Positions 37,461 through 45,797 of a stretch of 64,000 bases of DNA are shown here, one piece after another (the stretch's first letter is position 1; each line of letters begins with the position of its first letter). The notes below the pieces were generated by a model. That model saw nothing but the letters and a program-made list of their open reading frames with translations. It made no database searches and had not been told where the DNA came from. The position numbers were made by a program, and so were the translations under genes. Origin of the DNA: Deltaproteobacteria bacterium (lineage in GTDB: Bacteria > Bdellovibrionota_C > UBA2361 > SZUA-149 > JADLFC01); the NCBI GenBank assembly GCA_020845775.1, contig JADLFC010000028.1:17642-81641 (forward strand), written 5' to 3'.

Positions 37461-38015
37461 ATGGAAATGATAAAGACTCATTCGACGACTATTTTAGCGG
37501 TTAATCACAATAATCGGCTTGTATTTGGCGGAGACGGTCAAGTTACAGTAAATAATACCGTTATGAAGCACTCGGCTGTTAAGATCAGGCGCTCGCAAAA
37601 TGGCAAGGTTCTTGCGGGTTTTGCGGGATCTGCGGCCGATTCGTTTAGCTTGTTTGAGAGGTTTGAGGCGAAGCTAGGTGAGTACGGCGGCAATTTGCCG
37701 CGAGCGGCCGTTGAATTGGCAAAGGACTGGCGCTCGGATAGATTCCTAAGGAAGCTCGAGGCGATGATGATTGTTGGCAACGGCGCATCGCTTTTTTTGC
37801 TTTCGGGGGTAGGAGACGTGATACAGCCGGATGACGGCGTTATCGGCATTGGTTCGGGTGGGACGTACGCATTGGCGGCAGCGCGGGCTTTAATAAGATA
37901 TGGCCAAGAGAGAATAGATGCACGGCAAGTTGTCGAGCAGTCGCTAAAGATTGCGGCAGAGCTTTGCCCTTTTACTAATGATAGTTTTGTATTTGAAGAA
38001 TTGAGCTGTGACTGA
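37461..38015 (+). CDS. hslV: ATP-dependent protease subunit HslV (CodW-like, with N-terminal extension)
   Basis: MEMIKTHS-TTILAVNHNNRLVFGGDGQVTVNNTVMKHSAVKIRR..KVLAGFAGSAADSFSLFERFE.. is closely HslV/CodW-like. The upstream part of the track ORF (from 37323) is unsupported. Confidence 0.85.
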   Translation: MEMIKTHSTTILAVNHNNRLVFGGDGQVTVNNTVMKHSAVKIRRSQNGKVLAGFAGSAADSFSLFERFEAKLGEYGGNLPRAAVELAKDWRSDRFLRKLEAMMIVGNGASLFLLSGVGDVIQPDDGVIGIGSGGTYALAAARALIRYGQERIDARQVVEQSLKIAAELCPFTNDSFVFEELSCD

Positions 38016-39396
38016 GAATTTGGATAGAAAGGAAAACAATAGCGAATTGCTCGCCGACGATGCTTCGCTAACGCCCCAGCAGATTGTAGCCGAGTTAGAT
38101 CGCTATGTGATAGCGCAGGAGGACGCAAAGAGGGCAGTGGCGATTGCTATGCGCAATCGCTGGAGGAGATTGCGCGTGCCTGGGGAGATGAGGGAGGAAA
38201 TCACTCCAAAAAACATAATTATGGTTGGCCCCACTGGTGTGGGGAAGACGGAGATATCGCGACGACTTGCAAAGCTAACGAAAGCGCCTTTTGTAAAGGT
38301 AGAGGCTTCAAAGTTTACGGAGGTTGGATATGTGGGGCGGGACGTAGAGTCTATAATTCGCGATTTGGCTGAAAACGCGGTGAGTATAGTTCGCAAAGAG
38401 GAGCGGGCTAAGGTGAGAGAAAAGGCAGTTGAGCTAGCGGAAGAGAAATTGCTCGATTTATTGCTGCCCGACTCTGAGCGTGGCGAATTAGATGCTCAGG
38501 GGGGGCGCGCTTCGACTAATACTCGCGAAAAGCTTAGAGAGATGCTGCGGGCCGGTAAATTGGAGAGTCGAATTGTGGAAGTTGAGACGGTGAAACCCTC
38601 GGCTACGCATTTTGAAATAGTTGGTCATGGCAACTTTGGTGCTTTAGAGGATCAGCTTAAGGATGTTTTTTCCAACATGATGCCCAAGCAGCATGGAAAG
38701 AAAAAATTAAGCGTTAAGGATGCACGGGAAGTTTTGACGGAGGATGTAAGCGAGAGTCTCATTGACGAGGATTTAGTTACTAGGCTCGCATTAGCTAGAG
38801 CGGAGCAAAACGGCATTGTATTCATTGATGAAATCGACAAGATTTGTGGGCAACATAGCTCTACTAAAGGGCCCGATGTGTCGCGTGAGGGTGTGCAACG
38901 AGATTTGTTGCCATTAGTGGAAGGGTGCACGGTTAGCACTAAGTATGGTTCTATAAAGACGGATCACGTTCTCTTTATTGCGTCCGGCGCATTCCACTTT
39001 ACGAAGCCATCGGATCTGATGCCGGAGTTTCAGGGGCGTTTTCCCATTCGAGTAGAACTGCGAAGTCTCACGCCCGAACAGTTTGTGCGAATATTAAAGG
39101 AACCGAAGAGCGCATTGATCAAGCAATATACCGCTTTGTTAGCTACAGAGGATGTGGAGCTCGAATTTAGCGACGATGCTATTGACGAGATTGCGCGTTT
39201 GACTGCCGAGGTCAATTCCCGAACGGAAAATATTGGGGCGCGGCGTTTGCACACTTTGCTAGAGAAGCTACTAGATGATGTTTTATTTTCTGCCGATGAA
39301 TTCAGGGGCCGACAGGTGAGGATTGATGGAGAACGGGTGCGCCAACGCCTGAGTGAAATTGTTACGGACGTAGACCTTTCGCGGTTTATTTTATGA
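38008..39396 (+). CDS. hslU: ATP-dependent protease ATPase subunit HslU
   Basis: ..IVAELDRYVIAQEDAKRAVAIAMRNRWRR..PKNIIMVGPTGVGKTEISRRLAKL..PFVKVEASKFTEVGYVGRDVESIIRDL.. followed by I-domain and C-terminal AAA+ lid. GTG start overlapping hslV. Confidence 0.9.
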   Translation: MTENLDRKENNSELLADDASLTPQQIVAELDRYVIAQEDAKRAVAIAMRNRWRRLRVPGEMREEITPKNIIMVGPTGVGKTEISRRLAKLTKAPFVKVEASKFTEVGYVGRDVESIIRDLAENAVSIVRKEERAKVREKAVELAEEKLLDLLLPDSERGELDAQGGRASTNTREKLREMLRAGKLESRIVEVETVKPSATHFEIVGHGNFGALEDQLKDVFSNMMPKQHGKKKLSVKDAREVLTEDVSESLIDEDLVTRLALARAEQNGIVFIDEIDKICGQHSSTKGPDVSREGVQRDLLPLVEGCTVSTKYGSIKTDHVLFIASGAFHFTKPSDLMPEFQGRFPIRVELRSLTPEQFVRILKEPKSALIKQYTALLATEDVELEFSDDAIDEIARLTAEVNSRTENIGARRLHTLLEKLLDDVLFSADEFRGRQVRIDGERVRQRLSEIVTDVDLSRFIL

Positions 39397-39437
39397 TTAC
39401 TAGAGAAGACAGTTTGTTTTGCTTGGGCAGGTCCGTG

Positions 39438-39950
39438 ATGGCTCGATTTTCACTTTTACTGCTGTTTGCAGCCGTCTTAGGAAGCCTGCTTTTCGTTTAC
39501 GGTTGCGGGCGGAAGGGGGATCCCAAACCGCCAGAGGCTTTTGCGCCGAGCGCAGTTGGTTTCTATACTGCAAGGGGACAGGTGGATTCAGTTATTCTGA
39601 GCTGGCAGGCACCAAAGATTACTGCTAGTGGCGATGTGCTCGAGAATCTCGAATTCTTTTCGATTAAGAGAGCTATTCATGACTCCCAGAAGATGCGCAG
39701 ATTTAAGGACATTGGCGAAGTTGGTGTCGCAGGCCTCGCTTCTAGTGGAGAAAGACAGGCAGGCAGTGCTAGCCCCGCTGCGTCGCAGGCGGCAATCACT
39801 TACAGTTTTGCAGATAGGGATATAGTACCGGGCTCTGTTTATGATTATAGGGTAGTTCCGGTTAATAGTCGCGGAGTGGAGGGGCAATCTGCCGCGACGC
39901 TTAGGGTGACTTTCTTAGGAGAGTCGAGCATCGTCGAGCGACTTGAGTAG
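39438..39950 (+). CDS. Lipoprotein with fibronectin-III-like domain
   Basis: MARFSLLLLFAAVLGSLLFVYG|C lipobox. FN3-like ..VILSWQAP..YDYRVVPVNSRGVEG.. Confidence 0.5.
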   Translation: MARFSLLLLFAAVLGSLLFVYGCGRKGDPKPPEAFAPSAVGFYTARGQVDSVILSWQAPKITASGDVLENLEFFSIKRAIHDSQKMRRFKDIGEVGVAGLASSGERQAGSASPAASQAAITYSFADRDIVPGSVYDYRVVPVNSRGVEGQSAATLRVTFLGESSIVERLE

Positions 39951-39968
39951 ATCGAGGGGAGTTTTGTT

Positions 39969-40856
39969 ATGTCTAAGCCGAATCACGCGCATGATAGCAG
40001 CATTAGTTTTGTTAAAATGCAGGCAAATGGAAACGATTTCGTCGTTGCGGATGGTCGCTATGGCTTGCCCGCTAGGCTGTACGAGCTTATTCCAAGAATT
40101 CTCGATAGGCATTATGGGATTGGCGGCGATGGGCTAATCGTGATTGATGCTTCTGTCCGGGCTGAATACAAGATGAGCTATTTTAATGCCGATGGAAGCC
40201 GGGCAATTTGTGGCAATGGAATTCGCTGTGCCGCGCGTTTTATTTACGAGAGCGGATTGTTGGCCGATGAGGAGAGGGGGTTTGAGTTGGAGACCGATGC
40301 TGGCAACATTCCCGTGCAGGTTTTGCAGCGAGGCGCGCGTGTAAAGGTAGCATTCCACGAGCCGTTTTTCGAGGGACTGCGCGTTCCTACGGCGGAGGCG
40401 GGCGAGCACGTAGATGTGCCGATTGTTGTAGACGGCGAGACGCATAGAATTACTGCTGTTGGCATGGGCAATCCGCATTGTGTTGTTATCACCGAGAACG
40501 TCTCGGAGTACCCTGTAGGTGTGGTGGGTCCAAAGTTAGAGCTACATGAATTTTTTCCCCAGCGCACGAACGTGGAGTTTGTTGAAATCGTAGATCGGCG
40601 TCGAATTAAGATGCGCGTTTGGGAGCGCGGCGTGGGCGAGACGCTCGCTTGCGGGACGGGCGCATGTGGTGCTGTCGGGGCGCTTATTCATATGGGAAAG
40701 TGCGCGAATACTGTTGTCGTGGAGACTTTAGGAGGGGAGCTAGAGGTAAGCTGGGATGTTCAGGCAAAGCGCATACATTTGACGGGAGATGCGGCGCGTG
40801 TTTTTAGCGGTGAGATTAATCTTCAGGTTCTAAGGGAAGCTTGGAATGAGCAGTGA
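39969..40856 (+). CDS. dapF: Diaminopimelate epimerase
   Basis: ..FVKMQANGNDFVV.., ..YFNADGSRAICGNGIRC.., ..ERGVGETLACGTGACGA.. (both catalytic Cys present). Confidence 0.9.
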   Translation: MSKPNHAHDSSISFVKMQANGNDFVVADGRYGLPARLYELIPRILDRHYGIGGDGLIVIDASVRAEYKMSYFNADGSRAICGNGIRCAARFIYESGLLADEERGFELETDAGNIPVQVLQRGARVKVAFHEPFFEGLRVPTAEAGEHVDVPIVVDGETHRITAVGMGNPHCVVITENVSEYPVGVVGPKLELHEFFPQRTNVEFVEIVDRRRIKMRVWERGVGETLACGTGACGAVGALIHMGKCANTVVVETLGGELEVSWDVQAKRIHLTGDAARVFSGEINLQVLREAWNEQ

Positions 40857-41664
40857 TTTGCGAATATGTCTTTATGGTGCAACTGGGAAGATGGGTGGGG
40901 AGATACTCAAGGTCGTGGTGGGGGCGGAGGATGGGAGTAGTGGCTCGCGCGATATTGTTGTTGCGGGGGTAGCGTCCGAGGGCAGTGCAAGAATCGAGGA
41001 GTGGACAAGGCAGTGGCAGCTTGCGCTCGGCACGAAGTGGTTTAAAAAGTGTGAGGATTGCAACGTCGTGATCGATTTTTCATCGCCAGTCGGAACACGA
41101 GATGCAGTTCGCGCGGCGAAGGATTTTGGCAAGCCAATTGTAATTGGCACTACGGGGTTAAGTGAAGATACGAGAGCTGCGATAACAGAGGCTAGCAAGA
41201 CAATTCCGATTTTGTTATCCAGTAATTTTAGCGTAGGGATGAATGTTTTATTTTTGCTGGCGGGGCGAGCTGTGAAAATGCTCGGTTCTGGAGTAGATGT
41301 TGAAATAGTTGAGCTTCACCATAAGATGAAGAAGGACGCGCCAAGTGGCACTGCGCTAACGCTTGGCGATGAGATTCTAAGAGCTATGGAGCCTAGTCGC
41401 GGTAGCGCGGTTATAACTGCTTCGCGTTCTGGGAAAGAGGCTCTGCGCAAGGAAAATGAAATCTGCATGCACGCGGTAAGAGGTGGCGACGTCGTTGGAG
41501 AGCACACGGCGTATTTTTTTGCAAATGGTGAGCGCCTGGAGCTTACGCATCGTGCTACCAATAGGGCAATATTTGCAAGGGGGGCCGTGCGTGCCGCAAA
41601 ATGGCTAGTTAAACAGGCGCCTGGTAGCTATTCCATGCGAGATGTTTTGGAGAATGTCGACTGA
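40846..41664 (+). CDS. dapB: 4-hydroxy-tetrahydrodipicolinate reductase
   Basis: ..ICLYGATGKMGGEILKVV.., ..KPIVIGTTGLSE.., ..EIVELHHKMKKDAPSGTA.. are DapB motifs. Overlaps the dapF stop. Confidence 0.9.
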   Translation: MSSDLRICLYGATGKMGGEILKVVVGAEDGSSGSRDIVVAGVASEGSARIEEWTRQWQLALGTKWFKKCEDCNVVIDFSSPVGTRDAVRAAKDFGKPIVIGTTGLSEDTRAAITEASKTIPILLSSNFSVGMNVLFLLAGRAVKMLGSGVDVEIVELHHKMKKDAPSGTALTLGDEILRAMEPSRGSAVITASRSGKEALRKENEICMHAVRGGDVVGEHTAYFFANGERLELTHRATNRAIFARGAVRAAKWLVKQAPGSYSMRDVLENVD

Positions 41665-41683
41665 GCTGAAGCTATTATTATAG

Positions 41684-42001
41684 TTAAGGAATCTTCCGAT
41701 TGCGGCTTGCCTTAAGTTCTCGCTCTAATACGCTATGCTTGGCAAAGATTTGTGGTTTTCCAAAAACTTCAAACCAGAATATCTTAAAAAAAACTATTCC
41801 AACGGCATATATCATAGCTGTAAGAATTACGATGGCCCAAGGCATTTCCATCAAAACAGTTTCCACGCGATTTTTTTTGCGATAGCTCACTAAAGTGTGC
41901 TCATGGCCGAATGGGTAATATCGCCTTAGCGACTTGCTGCCCCTGCGGCTCAAGTATTTATTGCTCAGCTTCGCGCGTTCCGTGTATTCTCGTTTGCTCA
42001 T
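41684..42001 (-). CDS. Possible small membrane protein (may be spurious)
   Basis: One predicted TM helix (MPWAIVILTAMIYAVGIVFFKIFWF). No RBS seen. No similarity recognised. Confidence 0.2.
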   Translation of the reverse strand: MSKREYTERAKLSNKYLSRRGSKSLRRYYPFGHEHTLVSYRKKNRVETVLMEMPWAIVILTAMIYAVGIVFFKIFWFEVFGKPQIFAKHSVLERELKASRNRKIP

Positions 42002-42045
42002 GAGAATTTCATTATAGACCAGCTATGACCTACTAAAAAGTTGTT

Positions 42046-43173
42046 TTGGGAAAAAATATTAAAAATATGCAGGTAGTAGCGCCGGCAAAAATAAATCTTA
42101 CTCTGAGGGTTGTTGGAAGGCTGGCAGAGAATGGTTTCCACCTGCTTCACTCGCTTGTCCTTCCGCTAACACTTTATGACCAAATTAATTTGGGGCTGCT
42201 TGGATGCCGTGAGAAAAATAACCTGGAACCGTTTAGCGGAGTAAGCTTTGCTTGCAAAGTAGGAGAACAATTACACAAGCATTTATTCGCGGCTTCGGCA
42301 AAATATAATGAATTAAATCAGGCACTTAAGACTATTAACTCGTCGGAAAATATAGTTGTTCGGGCGGCTGAAGAGTTTCTTAGGGAGGTTCGGCTATATG
42401 GGCAGGTTAACCTAAATATTGAGCTAGAGAAAAATATTCCGTTTCAAGCTGGTCTAGGGGGCGGAAGTTCCGATGCGGCTCAATTAATCTTGCTATTATC
42501 TAGGATGCTTAAGCTTGAATATTCTTTAAAAAAACTCTATAAGGTTGGCGCACGTATAGGATCGGACGTCCCAGTGATGATGGGAGAGGGGCTTAGTTTT
42601 GTAGACGGGACTGGCGACAGGGTGATGAAACTAGATCCCGCCACGTGGCCCGACTACCTGCGAGGGCTCGAAAACCTTTGGGTAATCCTGGTGAAGCCAC
42701 TTGTCGGGGTTGATACCAGTCGGGCGTACGAGCTTATGCGGGAGAAAAGAAAAGACATTCCAGTCTTTTCTCTGGCGGAATTTGAGAGTCGCGCTAAACA
42801 GATGGCGGAAGAGGAACTTGCGCGTTTGGGTTTTGCGCTTAAAGGCAATATAGAACTAAGTGGGCGGAGAGGAGCTGGAGCAGTTATCTGTGGCGGGAAA
42901 TTTCAATCCCAGTTCGAGAGCCTCTTAGCTCATATTGGAAACGATTTCGAGGATATTGTGCGAGAAGAATATCCCGAAATTCGAGAAGCTTTTAGTCTAA
43001 TTGTCGAAGAAGGCGGCCATAGACCGCTTTTAGCTGGTAGCGGCAGTACGATAGCAGTATTTGAAGGTAAGGAGGAGCGAGCAAAGAGGCTAAGCCTCAG
43101 GATACAAGAGCTTCGTCCGGCTTGGTTCGTCGCAGTGGTAAGACCGCGGCTTGCCAACGAAGGTGAGAAATAA
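42046..43173 (+). CDS. ispE: 4-diphosphocytidyl-2-C-methyl-D-erythritol kinase (with internal/C-terminal extensions)
   Basis: ..APAKINLTLRVVGRLAENGFHLLHSL.., GHMP motif ..NIPFQAGLGGGSSDAAQ.., ..GSDVPVMM... At 375 aa it is longer than the roughly 285-aa norm. Confidence 0.8.
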   Translation: MGKNIKNMQVVAPAKINLTLRVVGRLAENGFHLLHSLVLPLTLYDQINLGLLGCREKNNLEPFSGVSFACKVGEQLHKHLFAASAKYNELNQALKTINSSENIVVRAAEEFLREVRLYGQVNLNIELEKNIPFQAGLGGGSSDAAQLILLLSRMLKLEYSLKKLYKVGARIGSDVPVMMGEGLSFVDGTGDRVMKLDPATWPDYLRGLENLWVILVKPLVGVDTSRAYELMREKRKDIPVFSLAEFESRAKQMAEEELARLGFALKGNIELSGRRGAGAVICGGKFQSQFESLLAHIGNDFEDIVREEYPEIREAFSLIVEEGGHRPLLAGSGSTIAVFEGKEERAKRLSLRIQELRPAWFVAVVRPRLANEGEK

Positions 43174-43176
43174 TAT

Positions 43177-43251
43177 TGGGCGGTCGCCAAGCGGTAAGGC
43201 ACCGGGTTTTGATCCCGGCATTCGGAGGTTCGATCCCTCCCCGCCCAGCCA
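43177..43251 (+). tRNA. tRNA-Gln (anticodon TTG)
   Basis: Cloverleaf read directly: acceptor tgggcgg/ccgccca, anticodon arm ccggg-ttTTGat-cccgg, T-arm ggagg-ttcgatc-cctcc, discriminator g, encoded CCA. The first 29 codons of track ORF 43176..44213 are this tRNA. Confidence 0.9.
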
Positions 43252-43262
43252 TTTTTTTTATT

Positions 43263-44213
43263 ATGAGAGGTCATTTTTCCATTATTGCAGGGCGATCTAA
43301 CCGCGAGCTTTCGGCTAGTATTGCGCGATCCGCAGGCGTCGAGCTAAGGGCTTGTGACATTCGCAGATTTAGCGATGGAGAACTAAGCGTTGAAATTGGC
43401 GAAAATGTTCGCGGCGATGACGTTTACGTAATTCAAAGCACTTCGACACCTGGAAATGATCACCTCATGGAGCTGCTCATTATCTTGGATGCCTTGAAAC
43501 GGGCGAGCGCCATGCGGATTACGGCGGTTATTCCGTATTTCGGTTACGCGAGACAGGATCGCAAGAGCAAGCCTCGCGTCCCAATTACGGCAAAACTCGT
43601 GTCGGACTTGTTGGTTACAGCAGGAGCACAGCGAGTTTTGACAATGGATTTGCACGCTGGTCAAATTATGGGCTTTTTTAACATCCCGGTCGACAACCTC
43701 TACGCTATGCCGGTGCACCTAAAATACCTGCGCCAGTGTTATCCCAGCGACTCACTGTGTATGGTTTCTCCGGATGCCGGAGGCGTGTCGCGCGCGCGCG
43801 CTTACGCCAAACGCTTAGGCGATGCCCACTTGGCGATAATTGACAAGAGGCGCATCTCGCCTAATGAGGTTGCAGAGATGAACGTGGTGGGCGATGTTAG
43901 GGGCAAGGTGGCAGTTTTAGTAGATGATATAGTTGATACCGGTGAAACGCTGATGAAGGCGGCCGATGCTTTGCTCGCGGCTGGGGCTATTGAGGTAAGC
44001 GCTTGCGTGACACACGCGGTGTTGTCGGGGAAGGCAAAACAAAAACTTCCCAAAAGTAGGATTACCAAACTCGTTGTTACGGATTCAATTTATCATCCGG
44101 ATCTTCAGGGCGAGGATAGCAACATCGTTCAGCTTAGCGTTGCTCCCCTAATAGGAGAGGCCATCGCCCGCATACACAAGGAAGATTCGGTGAGCGTGCT
44201 TTTTGAGGATTAG
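43263..44213 (+). CDS. prs: Ribose-phosphate pyrophosphokinase
   Basis: ..RFSDGELSVEIGENVRGDDVYVIQSTSTPGNDHLMELLIILDALKRASAMRITAVIPYFGYARQDRK.. and PRPP-binding ..VLVDDIVDTGETL... Confidence 0.9.
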   Translation: MRGHFSIIAGRSNRELSASIARSAGVELRACDIRRFSDGELSVEIGENVRGDDVYVIQSTSTPGNDHLMELLIILDALKRASAMRITAVIPYFGYARQDRKSKPRVPITAKLVSDLLVTAGAQRVLTMDLHAGQIMGFFNIPVDNLYAMPVHLKYLRQCYPSDSLCMVSPDAGGVSRARAYAKRLGDAHLAIIDKRRISPNEVAEMNVVGDVRGKVAVLVDDIVDTGETLMKAADALLAAGAIEVSACVTHAVLSGKAKQKLPKSRITKLVVTDSIYHPDLQGEDSNIVQLSVAPLIGEAIARIHKEDSVSVLFED

Positions 44214-44287
44214 GGGATTTTTGATTTTTATGAATAATTGCGCCGCGCGAGAGCGGCGTTATAGAACAATCAGGGGAGATTAAGAGA

Positions 44288-44935
44288 GTGGAACCACTTA
44301 CAGTCGAGGTCGAACATAGAGAAGAAACCGGGAAGTCCGTGGCTCGGAAACTTCGCAGGGAAGGATATATTCCTGGAGTTGTTTATGGCGAAAAGCAGGC
44401 AGCGCGAGGTCTAGCAATAGAGGGGCTTCACTTTGGCAAGCGAGTTAATATTGCGAACACTACGCAGTTATATACGTTAAAGAGCAAGTCAAAGGAGCTC
44501 GATGGGTTAACTGTTTTGTTAAAGAATGTGCAGCTTGAGCCGATTAAATCCCGCGTAACGCATGTGGATTTTTTAGCAGTGACTGAAGATCATAAGATCG
44601 TTGCTACGGTTCCAATTCACCTATTAGGAGTCTGTCAGGCTGTTAAGTTAGGCAATGCAGTATTAAATCACGTGGCGCACGAGATCGACGTAAAATGTCT
44701 ACCACGTGAAATACCTCAATTTATTGAGGTCAATATCAGCGCACTCGAGGCTGGCGACTCGATTCAAGCGGGCGATATTGCTATGCCGCAAAATGTTGTG
44801 TTGATTAGCGATCCAAAGCTTAGCATTGTAAGCATTATAGTAAAGCGCGAAGCTGAAGAGGCTCCAGCGACCCCGGCAACGCCAGAGGCTGCAGGAACCA
44901 CTAGCGAGACTGCTAAGGCAAAAGGCAGTTCCTAG
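44288..44935 (+). CDS. rplY: 50S ribosomal protein L25 / general stress protein Ctc
   Basis: ..LTVEVEHREETGKSVARKLRREGYIPGVVYG.. with a Ctc-type C-terminal extension and Pro/Ala/Thr-rich tail. GTG start. Flanked by prs and pth. Confidence 0.85.
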   Translation: MEPLTVEVEHREETGKSVARKLRREGYIPGVVYGEKQAARGLAIEGLHFGKRVNIANTTQLYTLKSKSKELDGLTVLLKNVQLEPIKSRVTHVDFLAVTEDHKIVATVPIHLLGVCQAVKLGNAVLNHVAHEIDVKCLPREIPQFIEVNISALEAGDSIQAGDIAMPQNVVLISDPKLSIVSIIVKREAEEAPATPATPEAAGTTSETAKAKGSS

Positions 44936-44977
44936 TTTTTTTAAATCGACTAGGTTTACGTGCACTAAGGGCGAGTA

Positions 44978-45604
44978 GTGGTAGAGCAATTATTTGCCGT
45001 GGTTGGCTTGGGAAACCCAGGCAGGAAATATGCCGATACCCGCCATAACGTGGGCGCTTGGGTGGTTGAAGCCTTAGCGGCTCTGGTCGAGGGTCGGGGT
45101 GAAAAGGTCGTATGGAGGCAGAAATTTAATTGCAATTTGGCAAATATTTCGCTTGCTGGGCATAAGGTGATATTGGTTCTTCCGCAGGTATTTATGAACC
45201 AAAGCGGTGCGCCAGTAGCGGCGGTGTGTGGTTTTTTTAAAATCGACTACTCGCAGCTAATAATCATTCACGATGATTTAGATTTTGCCCCAGGCGTAGT
45301 CCGAATTAAGCAGGGCGGTTCGAGCGGCGGACATAGAGGTGTTGAGGACGTCATGCGGCATTTAGGCAGGGGAGATTTTTGTCGCCTAAGAGTCGGCATT
45401 GGGCATCCAGAGAGGCAACCTAACTCCGGAGGCGAGGTCTCGGGTGCAAAGAAGGTAGTCGATGTTAAAGATTGGGTGTTGAGTGCTCCTAGTCGGGAAG
45501 AGCGGATGTTGTTAAGTGACGCAGTTTGTAGAGCGACCGACGCCACGTGCTGTATCATAGAAATGGGCGTACTGGCGGCGCAGCAGAGATTACATGCTAG
45601 ATAG
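44978..45604 (+). CDS. pth: Peptidyl-tRNA hydrolase
   Basis: ..VVGLGNPGRKYADTRHNVGAWVVE.., ..QVFMNQSGAPV.., ..IIHDDLDFAPGVVRIKQGGSSGGHRGVED... Confidence 0.9.
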   Translation: MVEQLFAVVGLGNPGRKYADTRHNVGAWVVEALAALVEGRGEKVVWRQKFNCNLANISLAGHKVILVLPQVFMNQSGAPVAAVCGFFKIDYSQLIIIHDDLDFAPGVVRIKQGGSSGGHRGVEDVMRHLGRGDFCRLRVGIGHPERQPNSGGEVSGAKKVVDVKDWVLSAPSREERMLLSDAVCRATDATCCIIEMGVLAAQQRLHAR

Positions 45605-45633
45605 GCGTGACTTGATATTTGAGGTGTGCTAAA

Positions 45634-45655
45634 CAACTGGCCGGTGGGCCGGTTG
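45634..45655 (+). terminator. Stable GC-rich hairpin (9-bp stem, tetraloop) 30 nt after the pth stop; terminator-like but no U-tract
   Basis: caactggcc-ggtg-ggccggttg read directly. A second GC-rich imperfect inverted repeat (..gttctcgctggcgcggcgctggcgagaac..) follows at 45672-45703. Confidence 0.3.
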
Positions 45656-45797
45656 TAGTGTCGGAGGCCGTTCTCGCTGGCGCGGCGCTGGCGAGAACGA
45701 GCGAGCGGCTTACATCGCCGCTAATGGCAGAGCCTTAGATTTTTGTAACTAACAAAACATATAATAGCTTTATAAAAAAAAGGGGAGATTATCCAGA

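Noticed and set aside
43176-43262. N-terminal 29 codons of track ORF 43176..44213
   Set aside because: This stretch is tRNA-Gln. The prs gene really starts at ATG 43263 (MRGHFSIIAG..).
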